From Phoronis australis (Eukaryota > Animalia > Phoronida), in the NCBI GenBank assembly GCA_002633005.1, contig NMRA01000415.1, positions 149,091-213,090 on the forward strand: 64,000 bases of DNA. The letters run 5' to 3'. Below the pieces are notes generated by a model. The model did not search any database, was not told the origin of the DNA, and saw nothing but the letters and a program-made list of their open reading frames with translations. Positions 13,098-23,933 of this stretch are shown in pieces (the first letter of the stretch is position 1; every line of letters begins with the position of its first letter). A program made the position numbers and the translations under genes.

Positions 13098-13615
13098 CGA
13101 AGCGATACCGAAGCTAGTTTACAGTGAAACAACACGTGTAGGTGAGATAAAAGGTCATATATATTATGACAAACTAAACTCATACAGATATCGATAAATG
13201 TATACACACGTGTTGAACTAGAAAGATAAGTAACAAACAATATGCGGAAGCAACACTGGGACAGCGACATCGGGAAATTAAGTGCAAATAGGGAAGGAAA
13301 GAAAATTGGTTTGGAGGTGGAGGGAAATAGAAATTGCCGGACTAAGAAACCCGAAACTTGGATATAATTATGGACGAGGACCCAGCGTTGCGCCAATCCC
13401 CGTGGTAAACCACTAATCGTAGAACAAAGAAGGTCACAGACCCGAGAAGCTAGCAATATGATAATGAGTACGAAGCAGAAGCCTATAGCTCAGAAGTTAC
13501 ATCAGTAAAATAATTTAAACTGCGAAGCGATTATACCGAAGCTAGTTTACAATGAAACAACACGTGTAGGTGAGATAAATATTATGACAAAGTAAACTAC
13601 TACAGATATCGATAA
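13098..13615 (+). repeat. Pair of about 100-bp diverged direct repeats
   Basis: GAAGCGAT..ACCGAAGCTAGTTTACA.TGAAACAACACGTGTAGGTGAGATAAA...CAGATATCGATAAA at about 13098-13198 and 13523-13615. Confidence 0.75.
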
Positions 13616-15882
13616 AAAGTACAAAAGTTGGAATATGTTGAGCTGTAAAGGTGGGTGACAATCTGCCACAGATGCAGCAAAAGAATGCATCCGCGCCGCG
13701 CCCGGCCATCCAAGTTTGCGCCGCCTTGAGTCTTGCGGCCGTGAGCTGCCTTTGGAAATTTACGAGTCGTGGAGCTAATGCACGGCACTGTCTCCCCCGG
13801 CCTAGTACCCGCCCCGGCCCCGCGACCACCGACCCAGCACCGTATCCCCCGGGTTTCATTTCTCGCCGTTTAGTGTTGTATCATATGATACCGGCCCTTC
13901 ATCGTAGGCCTGACACAACGACAAGGACACGTTTTTCCCAAGACTTGATGGAAACACTCACCAAGGTCTTGTGTATCTAGGAATACGATACCAAAACCGG
14001 GAGCTTCTATACATGTAGTTTCCGCATTGTGACTCACCGGCTCACGTACATGTACATCAATTAGTCTCTGCGGTCCGCGGCCTTTTCAGTCTCGGACGCG
14101 TGGCTGGCAGGTGTCGTAGACCTACATGTAATACCAAAGAGTTGTGACGATTCTCTAACCGCCCCGATGTGCCAACCGGAATCGAAAAAAGTAAACCTAC
14201 CTTTGGTTTTGACTCTTCTTTTCAAGGAGTTAAAATTTCAATAGGAAATTTCTAGCATTGATACGCATCTGAGGCATTTTTAACCTACAGGGAGAGAAAG
14301 ATGAATTCAACTGACAAAATATCGTCAACGTTGCTTGTATAGGCTCAGTGGACCTGGTTTGTTTCTATTTGTGAACGTGGCCGGAATTAGGAAAGATCAC
14401 TTGTTCGGCTGTACGTGCGCTATTTGAAGAAAAGTGACTTTTCTTCAAATAGCGCCCCCCAGGCCCCCCTACCCTTATTGCATTGTGCAATACTGGGACG
14501 ATCTGAGGAATCGGCTGCAATTTCATTCGGGTAGCCCTCAAACAAGCCAAAATTGCCAAAAATTCAGTTGGTTTACAACATTTTTGAACCTGTGGGAAAT
14601 TTACTTTCAAAATCTACTGTGTTGACTTACTGTATGTCGCGCATCGGCAGGCCGTGTTGATTTTATCTATTGCATATTTTGTGTTTTAGGCTCTTTCAGT
14701 TTTCTTAGCCCTTGCATTTCAGTTGCAGTAAAAGGGCTAAAAATACAAGACTGAATAAAATTTCTGTCTTTTGGGCTTCTGATGTGTAATAACTTAAAAC
14801 TTTGAAGGAGGTGAAGATAATGTGACAAGCCTATCACTATGTGTTCTGCTAGGCAAACCCAGTGTGAACTGTGCCCCGTGAGACACGCCGAAGTCGTCAT
14901 TAAGAACCAATGAGTTCCGTTTCCCACGATTAACTTAGACCATAGGCCTATGATGACAATAATTCGACTAATTATGACAGGAACTGGTGAGTTTTGAGAT
15001 CATAAATTGCCGAAAGCAAGGGGTGTACCCCGTAGAACAAGGTTCGTGTGAGAAAATAAAACGAGACTAAACACGACAAGGCTTCGGTGCACTGAGCTGG
15101 AATCTTATGTTGAGTTGGGATAAAGATAACGCTAAAGATAATGCTTTCCGTACAACCATGGAAAATTTCTCGTTGCAACGGTTTTGGCTCGCACGTGTTT
15201 TGCCGTGCACCGATCGAGAACGCTGCTTCACTGGTGCACTGGCAGCTTCATTGCTCTTGCAATCTAATGTCACAGGTTTCAACTCGTCGCTTATCGATGG
15301 ATCTGACACAACAAGGAAACAAAGGCGTAAGTGGCATGACAAAGGAAAATAGAGTTATTACACTGTTTTTGCACATTGTACGTGTGTAATGAATATTGTT
15401 ATTAAATAGTAAAGTTGTGAATCGTAGGAAAGCGACCTGCCAGTGCATCTCTCAAGCTGGTTAACTCCATGTCTACATGTACTAATTTGCGTATCCTTTT
15501 CGAGATAGGCCTACTTGATGTTGCAAGAGGACTTTTATTCACAAACTTTGTTCGGCCTATGAAGATGTGACACCTAATATTACGTGCGTGTCAGCATTTG
15601 CCAAGTTTGAAATTATTTCCTCATTGGCTAATTACCAGCCATAGCTCTGGCAACTCTCGATTATAGTGTCTGTGTTAAATTCTAGGCACGAAGCAATACC
15701 AACTACATGTATTGAAAAATGGTTGTCACTCGACTTTCACCATGCAATCAGCATTGATTTTCGGAACTATTCAGTATTTGGTTTCAATTTAGACTTTCTG
15801 TAACTGCTGATGAATCTGAATAATTGTCCACTCATTGGAAAACCTGGTAGAGTAATTTGTTAATTTACAGATGACGAGAGGC

Positions 15883-15891
15883 TATATATAT
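15883..15891 (+). promoter_or_regulatory. TATA-box candidate for the CTHRC1-domain gene
   Basis: TATATATAT about 70 bp upstream of the ATG at 15960. Confidence 0.4.
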
Positions 15892-15959
15892 GAGACAGTT
15901 ATGACCAGTTCGTACTCTTGACTGTGGAACGGTCTGTTTCCTTCGAGGTAAATCTCGAC

Positions 15960-16724
15960 ATGGAGATACATTTTCGTCTCCTCGTCTTGGTGCTAAGCGC
16001 TCTGCTATCGATTGGCGTCGACGCAGCCAATGCCAAGTCAAAACCGTCGTCTTCGTTTAAGGAGTCCCAAATAGCGTTGAACAAATATCACGATTATATT
16101 TTTGAACAGTTGAATGACAGTACCTCAAAACTGACCTTTGTGGAGAACAAGATCAAAGAATTAGAATCTTTGTTTGAAGACAGGATTACGAAGCTGGAAA
16201 CTAAGCTGAAAGCTAGCTTGACTAGGCAGATTTCAAGAACACCGCACATGGAAGACCTGGAAATGAAAGTAAACGAGCTGAAGTCGCGAACCAGAAACGT
16301 AGCTTACGAATCGTGGTACAGCTACGTTGAAAAGAGCCCCGACTCTGCGAATATGGACATCATCAAAAATATGAAGTTTAATAAGAAGGAAAAGAGCAGT
16401 GACTTGAAGATCGAGTTTTACACAAATTTTGGCTTGGAAGGAGTACAATACAACTGTGATCGAATGTGCACCAAGTATCAAGTCCTTGTCAACGGGCAGA
16501 ATTGTGCAAGTCCAATCGACGCTACTATTTTTATGGAGACAGCTAAAAGCAACACGGAGTTTATAATTCCGTCTACGATGGTTGGAATTTGTCACGGAAT
16601 TCCCAGTGGCGCAGTCGCTATACAAATACGCACTACAAAGTGTGAAGAGGCCCGTTTCGCACTACACACCATTACCGGATGGCGCATGAATTCCAGAATA
16701 ATTGTGGAGGAACTCTTCAATTAA
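15960..16724 (+). CDS. Secreted protein (254 aa): signal peptide, coiled coil, CTHRC1-type C-terminal domain
   Basis: Intact single-exon ORF. Signal peptide MEIHFRLLVLVLSALLSIGVDA; heptad region LTFVENKIKELESLFEDRITKLETKL; C-terminal motifs FNKKEKSSDLKI, NGQNCASPIDA, GICHGIPSG and TGWRMNSRIIVEEL parallel the CTHRC1 C-terminus (NGAECSGPLPIEA, GLCEGI, TGWNSVSRIIIEEL). Confidence 0.85.
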   Translation: MEIHFRLLVLVLSALLSIGVDAANAKSKPSSSFKESQIALNKYHDYIFEQLNDSTSKLTFVENKIKELESLFEDRITKLETKLKASLTRQISRTPHMEDLEMKVNELKSRTRNVAYESWYSYVEKSPDSANMDIIKNMKFNKKEKSSDLKIEFYTNFGLEGVQYNCDRMCTKYQVLVNGQNCASPIDATIFMETAKSNTEFIIPSTMVGICHGIPSGAVAIQIRTTKCEEARFALHTITGWRMNSRIIVEELFN

Positions 16725-18692
16725 AAAGGCGTGATTGGAATGAAATTGTAACCTGTTATTTGACTCGTGATTAAGTTTACTCATGACATGCTCTACTCAA
16801 CCTTTTACGATTACGTAGGACCTTAGAAAATGCCCAAATTTGTCTAACTTCGCAACACTTAGAAAATGTCCAAATCTCTCTAACTTTGCAACATCAAATG
16901 TCAGTAATGTCTGAGTCTGATCAATGAGATTTTTAGATACCACGATGTGTATGCATTGTTCCCCGGCTAAAAGCTTTTAGAATTGTTTTTTAAAATGTCC
17001 CACATTTACATGACTTTATATAATCTTTGTAAAAATTCAAAAGTTGCATAAAACAAAAATGATAGATTAAGAAACTGTATCAACGTTTCTGAGATTTTAT
17101 CTGTAAGTTTTACATCATCGAAATTTGGCCATGTTATTGTATTGCTGTTAATGTACCTTTCCTGTTATCTAATGTACCTTTCTTATCTAACCCTGTAACC
17201 TAAGTGTATGCAGATTTGTATAAAAGTCTGGCAAAAATCCGAACTCTACATGCTTTCTACTTTCAGAAAATATACTGTTACTGAGTCAAAATCTTCAGTT
17301 TTCTACTTCTTTGGATAAATGCGGACTAGCCGATAAGGTTTTCCTTAAAATGCATTTAATAATTACACGCTTCCAGAGTTTGTTTTACAAATTTTCTCTA
17401 TTGTGGGAGGCACAGATAATACGAAATTATATTACCTTTCTTAACATTTGACTTCAAAACCCGAGTTAGCAAATGATCAATTCCATTTTTCATACGCTCA
17501 TAGTCATTTATATTATAGGGGCATCTCCGTCCGTCCGTCAGTCCGGTGTCCGCTGCTGTAGAAGGCCTATCACTAAAACCCTTTGATGGATGTTCGTCAG
17601 TCGCTGACAGTCTGCTGGACGGGTACATTTTCGGACGGATCCGACCTCTGCTGTCCCCCGCTACTTACTTTTTACGTTTTCTTCTGTTTCTACCGAGTTC
17701 CTTGGCTGATTTTCATGAAATATGGCAACTAGTTTTCTATTATGGAAAACATTTCTCGCGGACTCGATGATGTATTCTGTGCTCAATGTCAACGTTTTTG
17801 GAGTTCAACTCCCCACTCGTACGATCCGCCTAAAAGCATATACACATGTATAAAGAGTAGTTTTGATATGTGTGTTCTTGTTGACGACGGCTGACAGATT
17901 GTCAATGATTTTGGCCGTGGATATCACTTTTCCAGACGTGTTTGACTGTTTTTGAGGCGCTCGAAAACGTATTATTTTCAGCCTCGAATTACTTAAATAA
18001 CCGACTTCCATCTAATTTTGTACGTCTTTTGGTTGTGTAGGCCACCGAGAACGATTTCATGAAAAAACAAGACTGAGAAGGGACAATCCTGGCTGAGAAC
18101 CACTAACGCTCAAAATACAGAATGATGTTCGTTTTTCGCAAAAAACTGACTGAACTGGCGGCACAAACTGATTGATTAGCTGATTGATTTCTGAGACTTT
18201 GTTCCAAAGTTGATTAGCGGCAGACAACTGGCCTGCGAGTTGTGATGCCGAACAAAAGAGCACTGGGGGACCACTCACATTATCTGGTCAAGTTTTGATA
18301 TGGGCCCTCTGTTCAAGTTCAGTTTCATGATGACGTACACTCAGTCGCCGTGAGAATGACATGCTGACTGTGACTTCCGGCTTAGAGTCTTGCGCCGACA
18401 AAGGATACATTGGCAACGAATTAGTACACATATAGACTACCTTTTGTAAACTCTTTGTCTCCGCCAGGAGGATCAAGTGAGCTCACGCGCCACGCCCTAG
18501 CTACGTAGCCGGTGTAGCAATGACTGGGAACGGGTCATTTTCACTAAATTATCATGGCCACCGGGCCGGTCTAAGATGTGAATATAATTTTCAACCCATG
18601 AAAAAATGGCGACCCCGGCACGTCGGCGAAAATTTACTGGTCATGTCCGCGCATTCAACGGCAGTGAGGGGCTTGAGATAATTACGACGTTT

Positions 18693-19024
18693 TCCCGTTG
18701 CTCCCAACTTATTCTTCATAGCCCAGCAACAAGTTGGGAAGATCACCCCTGTAGCCAATATCTTACACGACTGATTTAGTCCATTCTGACATGTATGGTT
18801 GGAGGGCCGGCTCTCTTTTTGTTCGATAATTGCTCTAATCTCCGATCAGATAGTATCTAGCCTGACTGGTCTGTGCTGCTAAAAATAAATAAAAGTTAAG
18901 TTACAACATATTTGAACATAAACCAATAGCATTTCTGAATTCCTTGTCAAGTGCTGATCCTGTTTTGTTTTTGAATCACCAAAATCGCCCAACTACAACA
19001 GAAGTTAAGACAATCCATTCTGCC
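18693..19024 (+). repeat. About 335-bp dispersed repeat, copy 1
   Basis: Aligns by eye with 47922-48264 (shared CAACAAGTTGGGAAG, GTTCGATAATTGCTCTAATCTCCGATCAGAT, CCCAACTACAACAGAAGTTAAGACAAT). Confidence 0.85.
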
Positions 19025-19351
19025 AGGTATCAGTAACCCTTTGAAGCCGGGGAGATAATTGGCCTGCTTCTTGTCGTACGAGACAAAAGACTGCGCTGGC
19101 CAGTTAACAAAGGAGCCAGATGTTATCTTGCGTTCAGAACCCCTCACGTCTGGAAAAGTTGCTGTAGGCTTACGACAGAACGCCGTCATGTAAGAAGACT
19201 GTGATACCCGCAGTATTAACTGGGCGGCCTTTCAACAATTGTTCGATAAGCCTGCTTAGCCTATGTCTGGGGGTGACTTCCCTGGCTACTGGCTACTGGC
19301 GTGGGTTAGCTACCGAAGAATAACTTGAAACGACCACCGAGAAGTGGTGAT

Positions 19352-20600
19352 CTAGAAATTGAAAGATATTGAATTAATTTTGAGAAATTGGTCCAAAAGA
19401 ATTTTGACGCCATTCGAGAGGATTACAGTAATCAAGGCGCTAGCGGTTTTAAAAATTGCAAATCTTCTGATATCCTTGCCACAACCTTCGAAACATATTC
19501 GAGAAAAACTGAACTTAGTGTACGTTTTTAAATTCCTCTGGCAAGGTCGCAGTGACAAGATTACGAGCGCTCCCGAGCTGTTTGTAATTATAATGAAGGA
19601 GGTATCAGAAGGATTAACATATTTTCATTCTGTAAGGCTTTAAAGATTAACATGTTAACAAAATTTGTAAACGGTCAGTCAGGCTGCCTGTTTGTTTCAT
19701 TTGATTTTTCCTGAATTTAGAAATTTCGCAAAGCATGGAGTTGACTTTCCAAAGATAAAGTTGCCTAATATTGACAATCACTTCTGGAAAGATTTTTTTT
19801 GAATGTGTAATCTCCTTTGGATATTGTTTGAAGATCAAAAATCAGATAATTTTCTTAACCAACTTTTTATGGTTTACATGTAGCAGTGATCTACAGGCAG
19901 GAGCAAAAAGCATTTTCTACAGGAACTGGTGCAATAGAAGCATTATTAGATAGTCTTTATAAAGGACTTGTTTTCCCCATACGGTAATATTTTGAACTAT
20001 AGACCTATTGTGGATGTTTTAGATATCAAAATGAACTTTATGGAGTACATGCCCTGATAGTCTAATTTCCGTGATATTTAAGTACAAACAGAAATGTGCT
20101 ACTGATAGAGTTGTTAGTTTTGATGCGTATTGTCCTGTTATGCCAACGATTTTAATGAAACTGAAAAGTGGTGGGAGAGGGTGTCAACATATCTGTACAC
20201 AATTGAATTACAGTTCCGAAGTCTCAAAAGCGGAGTCATAATGGGCCAACGAACTGAAAGTAAACACAACTAATTTTTCACGGGAAGATGTTTAACACGT
20301 ACAACAAGAGATCCACGAATTAGGTGGCTTCGGCTCTTGACGAGAATTTTGACTACTAACTCATTTTCAAAAATAATTCAAGTTACGGATGACGACTCTT
20401 GTTCCTTTTGTGGACAATCGAAAGAGACTTTGAAACACTTAGTATTCAATTAGTAGGCTATTGGTCCGTCAAACAGTTGGACAAAAGTTAATAACGAAAT
20501 TCTACTAAGCAAATCCCCAGTGTGTCGGCACTCTATTCTGCAACAACGTTATTTTTGGCTTTTTTGATAAAAAAGAAAAATTTAAACACATTGTTTTATT
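19352..20600 (+). mobile_element. Degenerate L1/Tx1-like LINE 3' fragment
   Basis: Translation LRNWSKRILTPFERITVIKALA..LLISLP (post-RT region of L1/Tx1 ORF2) and zinc knuckle CSFCGQSKETLKHL, with many frameshifts and stops. Confidence 0.75.
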
Positions 20601-20824
20601 ATTCGGGGTAAACAGTTTATGATACCCAAAAGGCGGGGGGCGGGGGCGAGGGGACGGAGAGACCCGAAGGCGCCGCAGAGCAAACCGTTATGCCAAAGCA
20701 TAGGGAGGATTCGTGGTGATCAGGCGATACATATATAGATCAAGAAACATGTATAATAAATTGTTAGCATATAGAAATGTCTATCCCGTCCTGATGAGAC
20801 AACGTGGTACTGCCTGGGTGATTT
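19485..20824 (+). repeat. 1.34-kb direct duplication, copy 1
   Basis: Near-identical to 28144-29481 (scattered substitutions and small indels). Similarity ends after GCCTGGGTGATTT. Confidence 0.95.
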
Positions 20825-21579
20825 CTGGGAGTAATATACATAGGGAGTGGAAACTTCAAGCCCAACTTTCATCGCTATTGTACTATGACTGCCTCGCTAT
20901 TCAAGCTCACAGAGCGAAATAATCGTATTTACTTAGTGCCCGAACCACAGTTCAGCGCATGTCAACACTGTCAGGCATGCGCACTTAATCAACAACATTG
21001 GCAGCCATTTTTAAAAACACGCCCTTTCACGGCATTAGAATCCTTGTGATTCTTGTCGGTGTTGTTATTGAGAATTTGACGATGTTAAAGTTCTGTCATT
21101 AATTGTAAATGCATTGATTGTACTAATTAGAGCACGTAGAATACAACTGACTTGAAATTGTACTTCGTTGTTGTTTTTTTATCTGTTAAAAATCGCCTTA
21201 AAATGGGTCAGTGATGAGCGTTTTTTACTTTCGTGGGCATAAAATCTAGTTTTACTGCGACTTGGGGTCTCAAAATGTTAATCATACGGGAAATTGGTTC
21301 TTTCATCCGTAAAATATCTGATATATACGTTTAGAATTATAGGAGACGTATTTTTCCGAGTTTCGCCGCAGCGTAGTCTTGTTTTGTCGTGTAATTCCTG
21401 CAATTATTTGGCGCAGCACCGGTGGTTTCTTCTACGTCGGCGTTTTTCATTTATAAGCCAATTGGAATATACGTTGTATTCAGAAGTCTTTTCTTTCACT
21501 TTGCTGATTTTTACTGGTTTCTTTTACTTTACTGCATTTTAAAAGCACATTACATCTGTTGTGAGTTAAGAAGTGAATT

Positions 21580-23104
21580 ATGAACAAACACGACGACTTC
21601 GTGAACTGGAGTGACGTAGATTTAGACGCACTGTTGGGCGATTATACTGCGGAGGAGGAAAGCGATGATGAGCCCGATTTCTCAGGGTACGAAATCTCGA
21701 AAAAGAGAAAAGAACCTAGCACTTTGCCTGCTGATGAAACTGCAACATCCACTACCTTCGTTGGTGCTAGTGCCGATGGCAACAAATTTGATTGTCCTCT
21801 GTGTGACAAAAACTATTCTTCCGTCAGTGGGTTTCGTGGACACGTTATTAAGAAGCATCAGCGACCGGATTTGAAAGGTAAATGAATATTGATTGTGAAA
21901 ATGTCGACTTTGGAGTGTTAGGATTTTAGTTGGGAAAATAAGTAGGGAAAATAATCATATCTTACGACAGTGATGCCTTGGGGCCACTGAGTGTAACACA
22001 CGTAGCTTCTAAGTTAGTACCTCTTTGACTTTTCATGATCCATGTCAATTTAAGTGTCAATGTACATTCTCAGGCTCAGTCATGTGGTGTACTTTGCCCC
22101 ATTAATGTATTCATTTTACATTTGCAGCACACAACAACCGAAGACATTCGCTTGGGAAAGAAAATGTTGAACCAGCCATTCCTCGTGAAAATTTTACGGA
22201 GACAGTTGCGCATGCTATACAAATATCATTATGCAAGATTGTGGACTGTCCCTTTAGAAATAGTCCAGCCTCGGTTCATGGGAAAGAGATTGTCCTCATC
22301 GCCAAACAAGTTCAGCTCGAAGGTCAAGACATCAATGCGAAGTTTCAGAATTTAATTTCGAAATTTGCTGCCTTGCTGTCCTCAGCGTTATGTGGGGTAA
22401 CAGTTGAAGGAGATTTTGAGCAGTTAATGCTGGGGTTTCATGATCTGAGGCATGATCCTGGTTTTCTCACTGATATTGGTGTAAACTCGAAGTATGAACA
22501 ACAATTTACCCAAGTGTTCCTGTTCCAGTTATTGGAGGACGTCATTGCGCTTTTGAAGAAAAACACGCAAGAAAAGAACAAGACACACACTGATGCATTG
22601 ACTGAAGATGACAATCTTGTCCTGTGTTACATTGCTGGTTACATGTTAAGAGTATCACCACAAAAGGCACCAAAACACATGAGGGAGGACATGACGTCAC
22701 TTTGTGAGTATCTCACATGCAAAGACATTGAGAAAGAGTATCCACACACTGAATGGATCAGGCGAGTTAGCAGAGGAGGATTAAAGACTCCGTCACTCGA
22801 TTGTTTTCATTTGATTCAATGTTATGAGGTTGTGGCGCGATCCATGGTCGACACTTCTAATCTCAAGAAAACGTCAATGAACATAAACTGTCTTACAGAA
22901 ACTATATTGTGCGATGCAGCTGTGAAAAATCTGTGGGAGAAGCTGGGTAAGGCTGTGATTCTTAACGAAGTGTTAATCAAGATTTTTTTGACTGTTAGAG
23001 GATTCGCTGTTACCAAACTGTTGAGAAAGAAGAACAACAAGAGAGGAGTGTCATCACAAGGTGGTAATTCTTTCCGTAAATCTCTGAAGGAAATGAATTC
23101 CTAA
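21580..23104 (+). CDS. 424-aa two-exon protein: acidic N-terminus, C2H2 zinc finger, P-element transposase C-terminal-domain homologue
   Basis: Exons 21580-21877 (AAAG|GTAAAT) and 22128-23104 (TTTGCAG|CA) join in frame through a phase-1 intron with no stop. C2H2: FDCPLCDKNYSSVSGFRGHVIKKH. CTD motifs: LTEDDNLVLCYIAGYMLR, EWIRRVSRGGLKTPS, IFLTVRGF. Confidence 0.85.
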
Positions 23105-23933
23105 TTGTGACCGAACATTTTCATTTCCTTTTTCTGATGCCAGATTTTGTTGACTACGTTTGTGTAAATACTGTATAGGCTTGTGACTGCAATACATTGT
23201 GTAACTGAATATTCTTTTCATGTTGAGAACGTCAGAAAAATATTTTCGCAACATAAAAACAATGCGACACGCTGGGGTCTAATTCTCGAAGGGACTTGCC
23301 TCTAGCCAGACCTATTTGAAACTTGGTAATTTTACTTGAGACAAACAAATGTGCAATCAAGTCACATTTTGCTTCCATTTTTAGGAGTGGATGTTCAGGC
23401 TTCGTCAAGAATCTTCGAGAAAAACCCATGTAGCTATTCTTTTCTTCGCTTTCATTTTCACTCTAAAATTCAAAGTTAATACTACAGAGAACAATACTTT
23501 ATTACCTACTAAAACAACAACAACCAAATGCTTGAGTACATCTACAGAGACTGCAGACAAAGTTCGCAACTAAATTATCATGTTATATTTAAGTGTAATG
23601 AATCAAGGGGCTGACATACCACAATTTCCAAATAACATGTAGCGATTTATAAATACTTTTTCTTTCAAAAATTGTTGCTATTCTAGGCACAATTACAGAC
23701 TTCAACTCAATTAAAAAAGAAAGATCACTGAATAACCCACATAGAAAAGCAATCACCAATTTCCGAAATCTTGCAAACTTCACTAAGGAATACACGACAA
23801 TAGAATACAAAAATGCAATATTCCCACAGAAGTTTTCAAAGAAAATTCAGTACAAAAACATTTCCAAAAACAACAGTGTAATCACCCTACACATTCATGG
23901 TTTGTGTAAAATAGCATTACCAAGTCTCATAGA

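Noticed and set aside
13098-13615. Direct repeats as LTRs of a second TRIM
   Set aside because: No TG..CA termini, PBS, PPT or TSD.
19040-19340. Possible RTE-type 5' UTR or ribozyme-like sequence
   Set aside because: Only vague resemblance; no structure could be verified by eye.
20791-20824. CTGATGA as a hammerhead ribozyme core (also at 29448)
   Set aside because: No downstream GAAA or closing stems.
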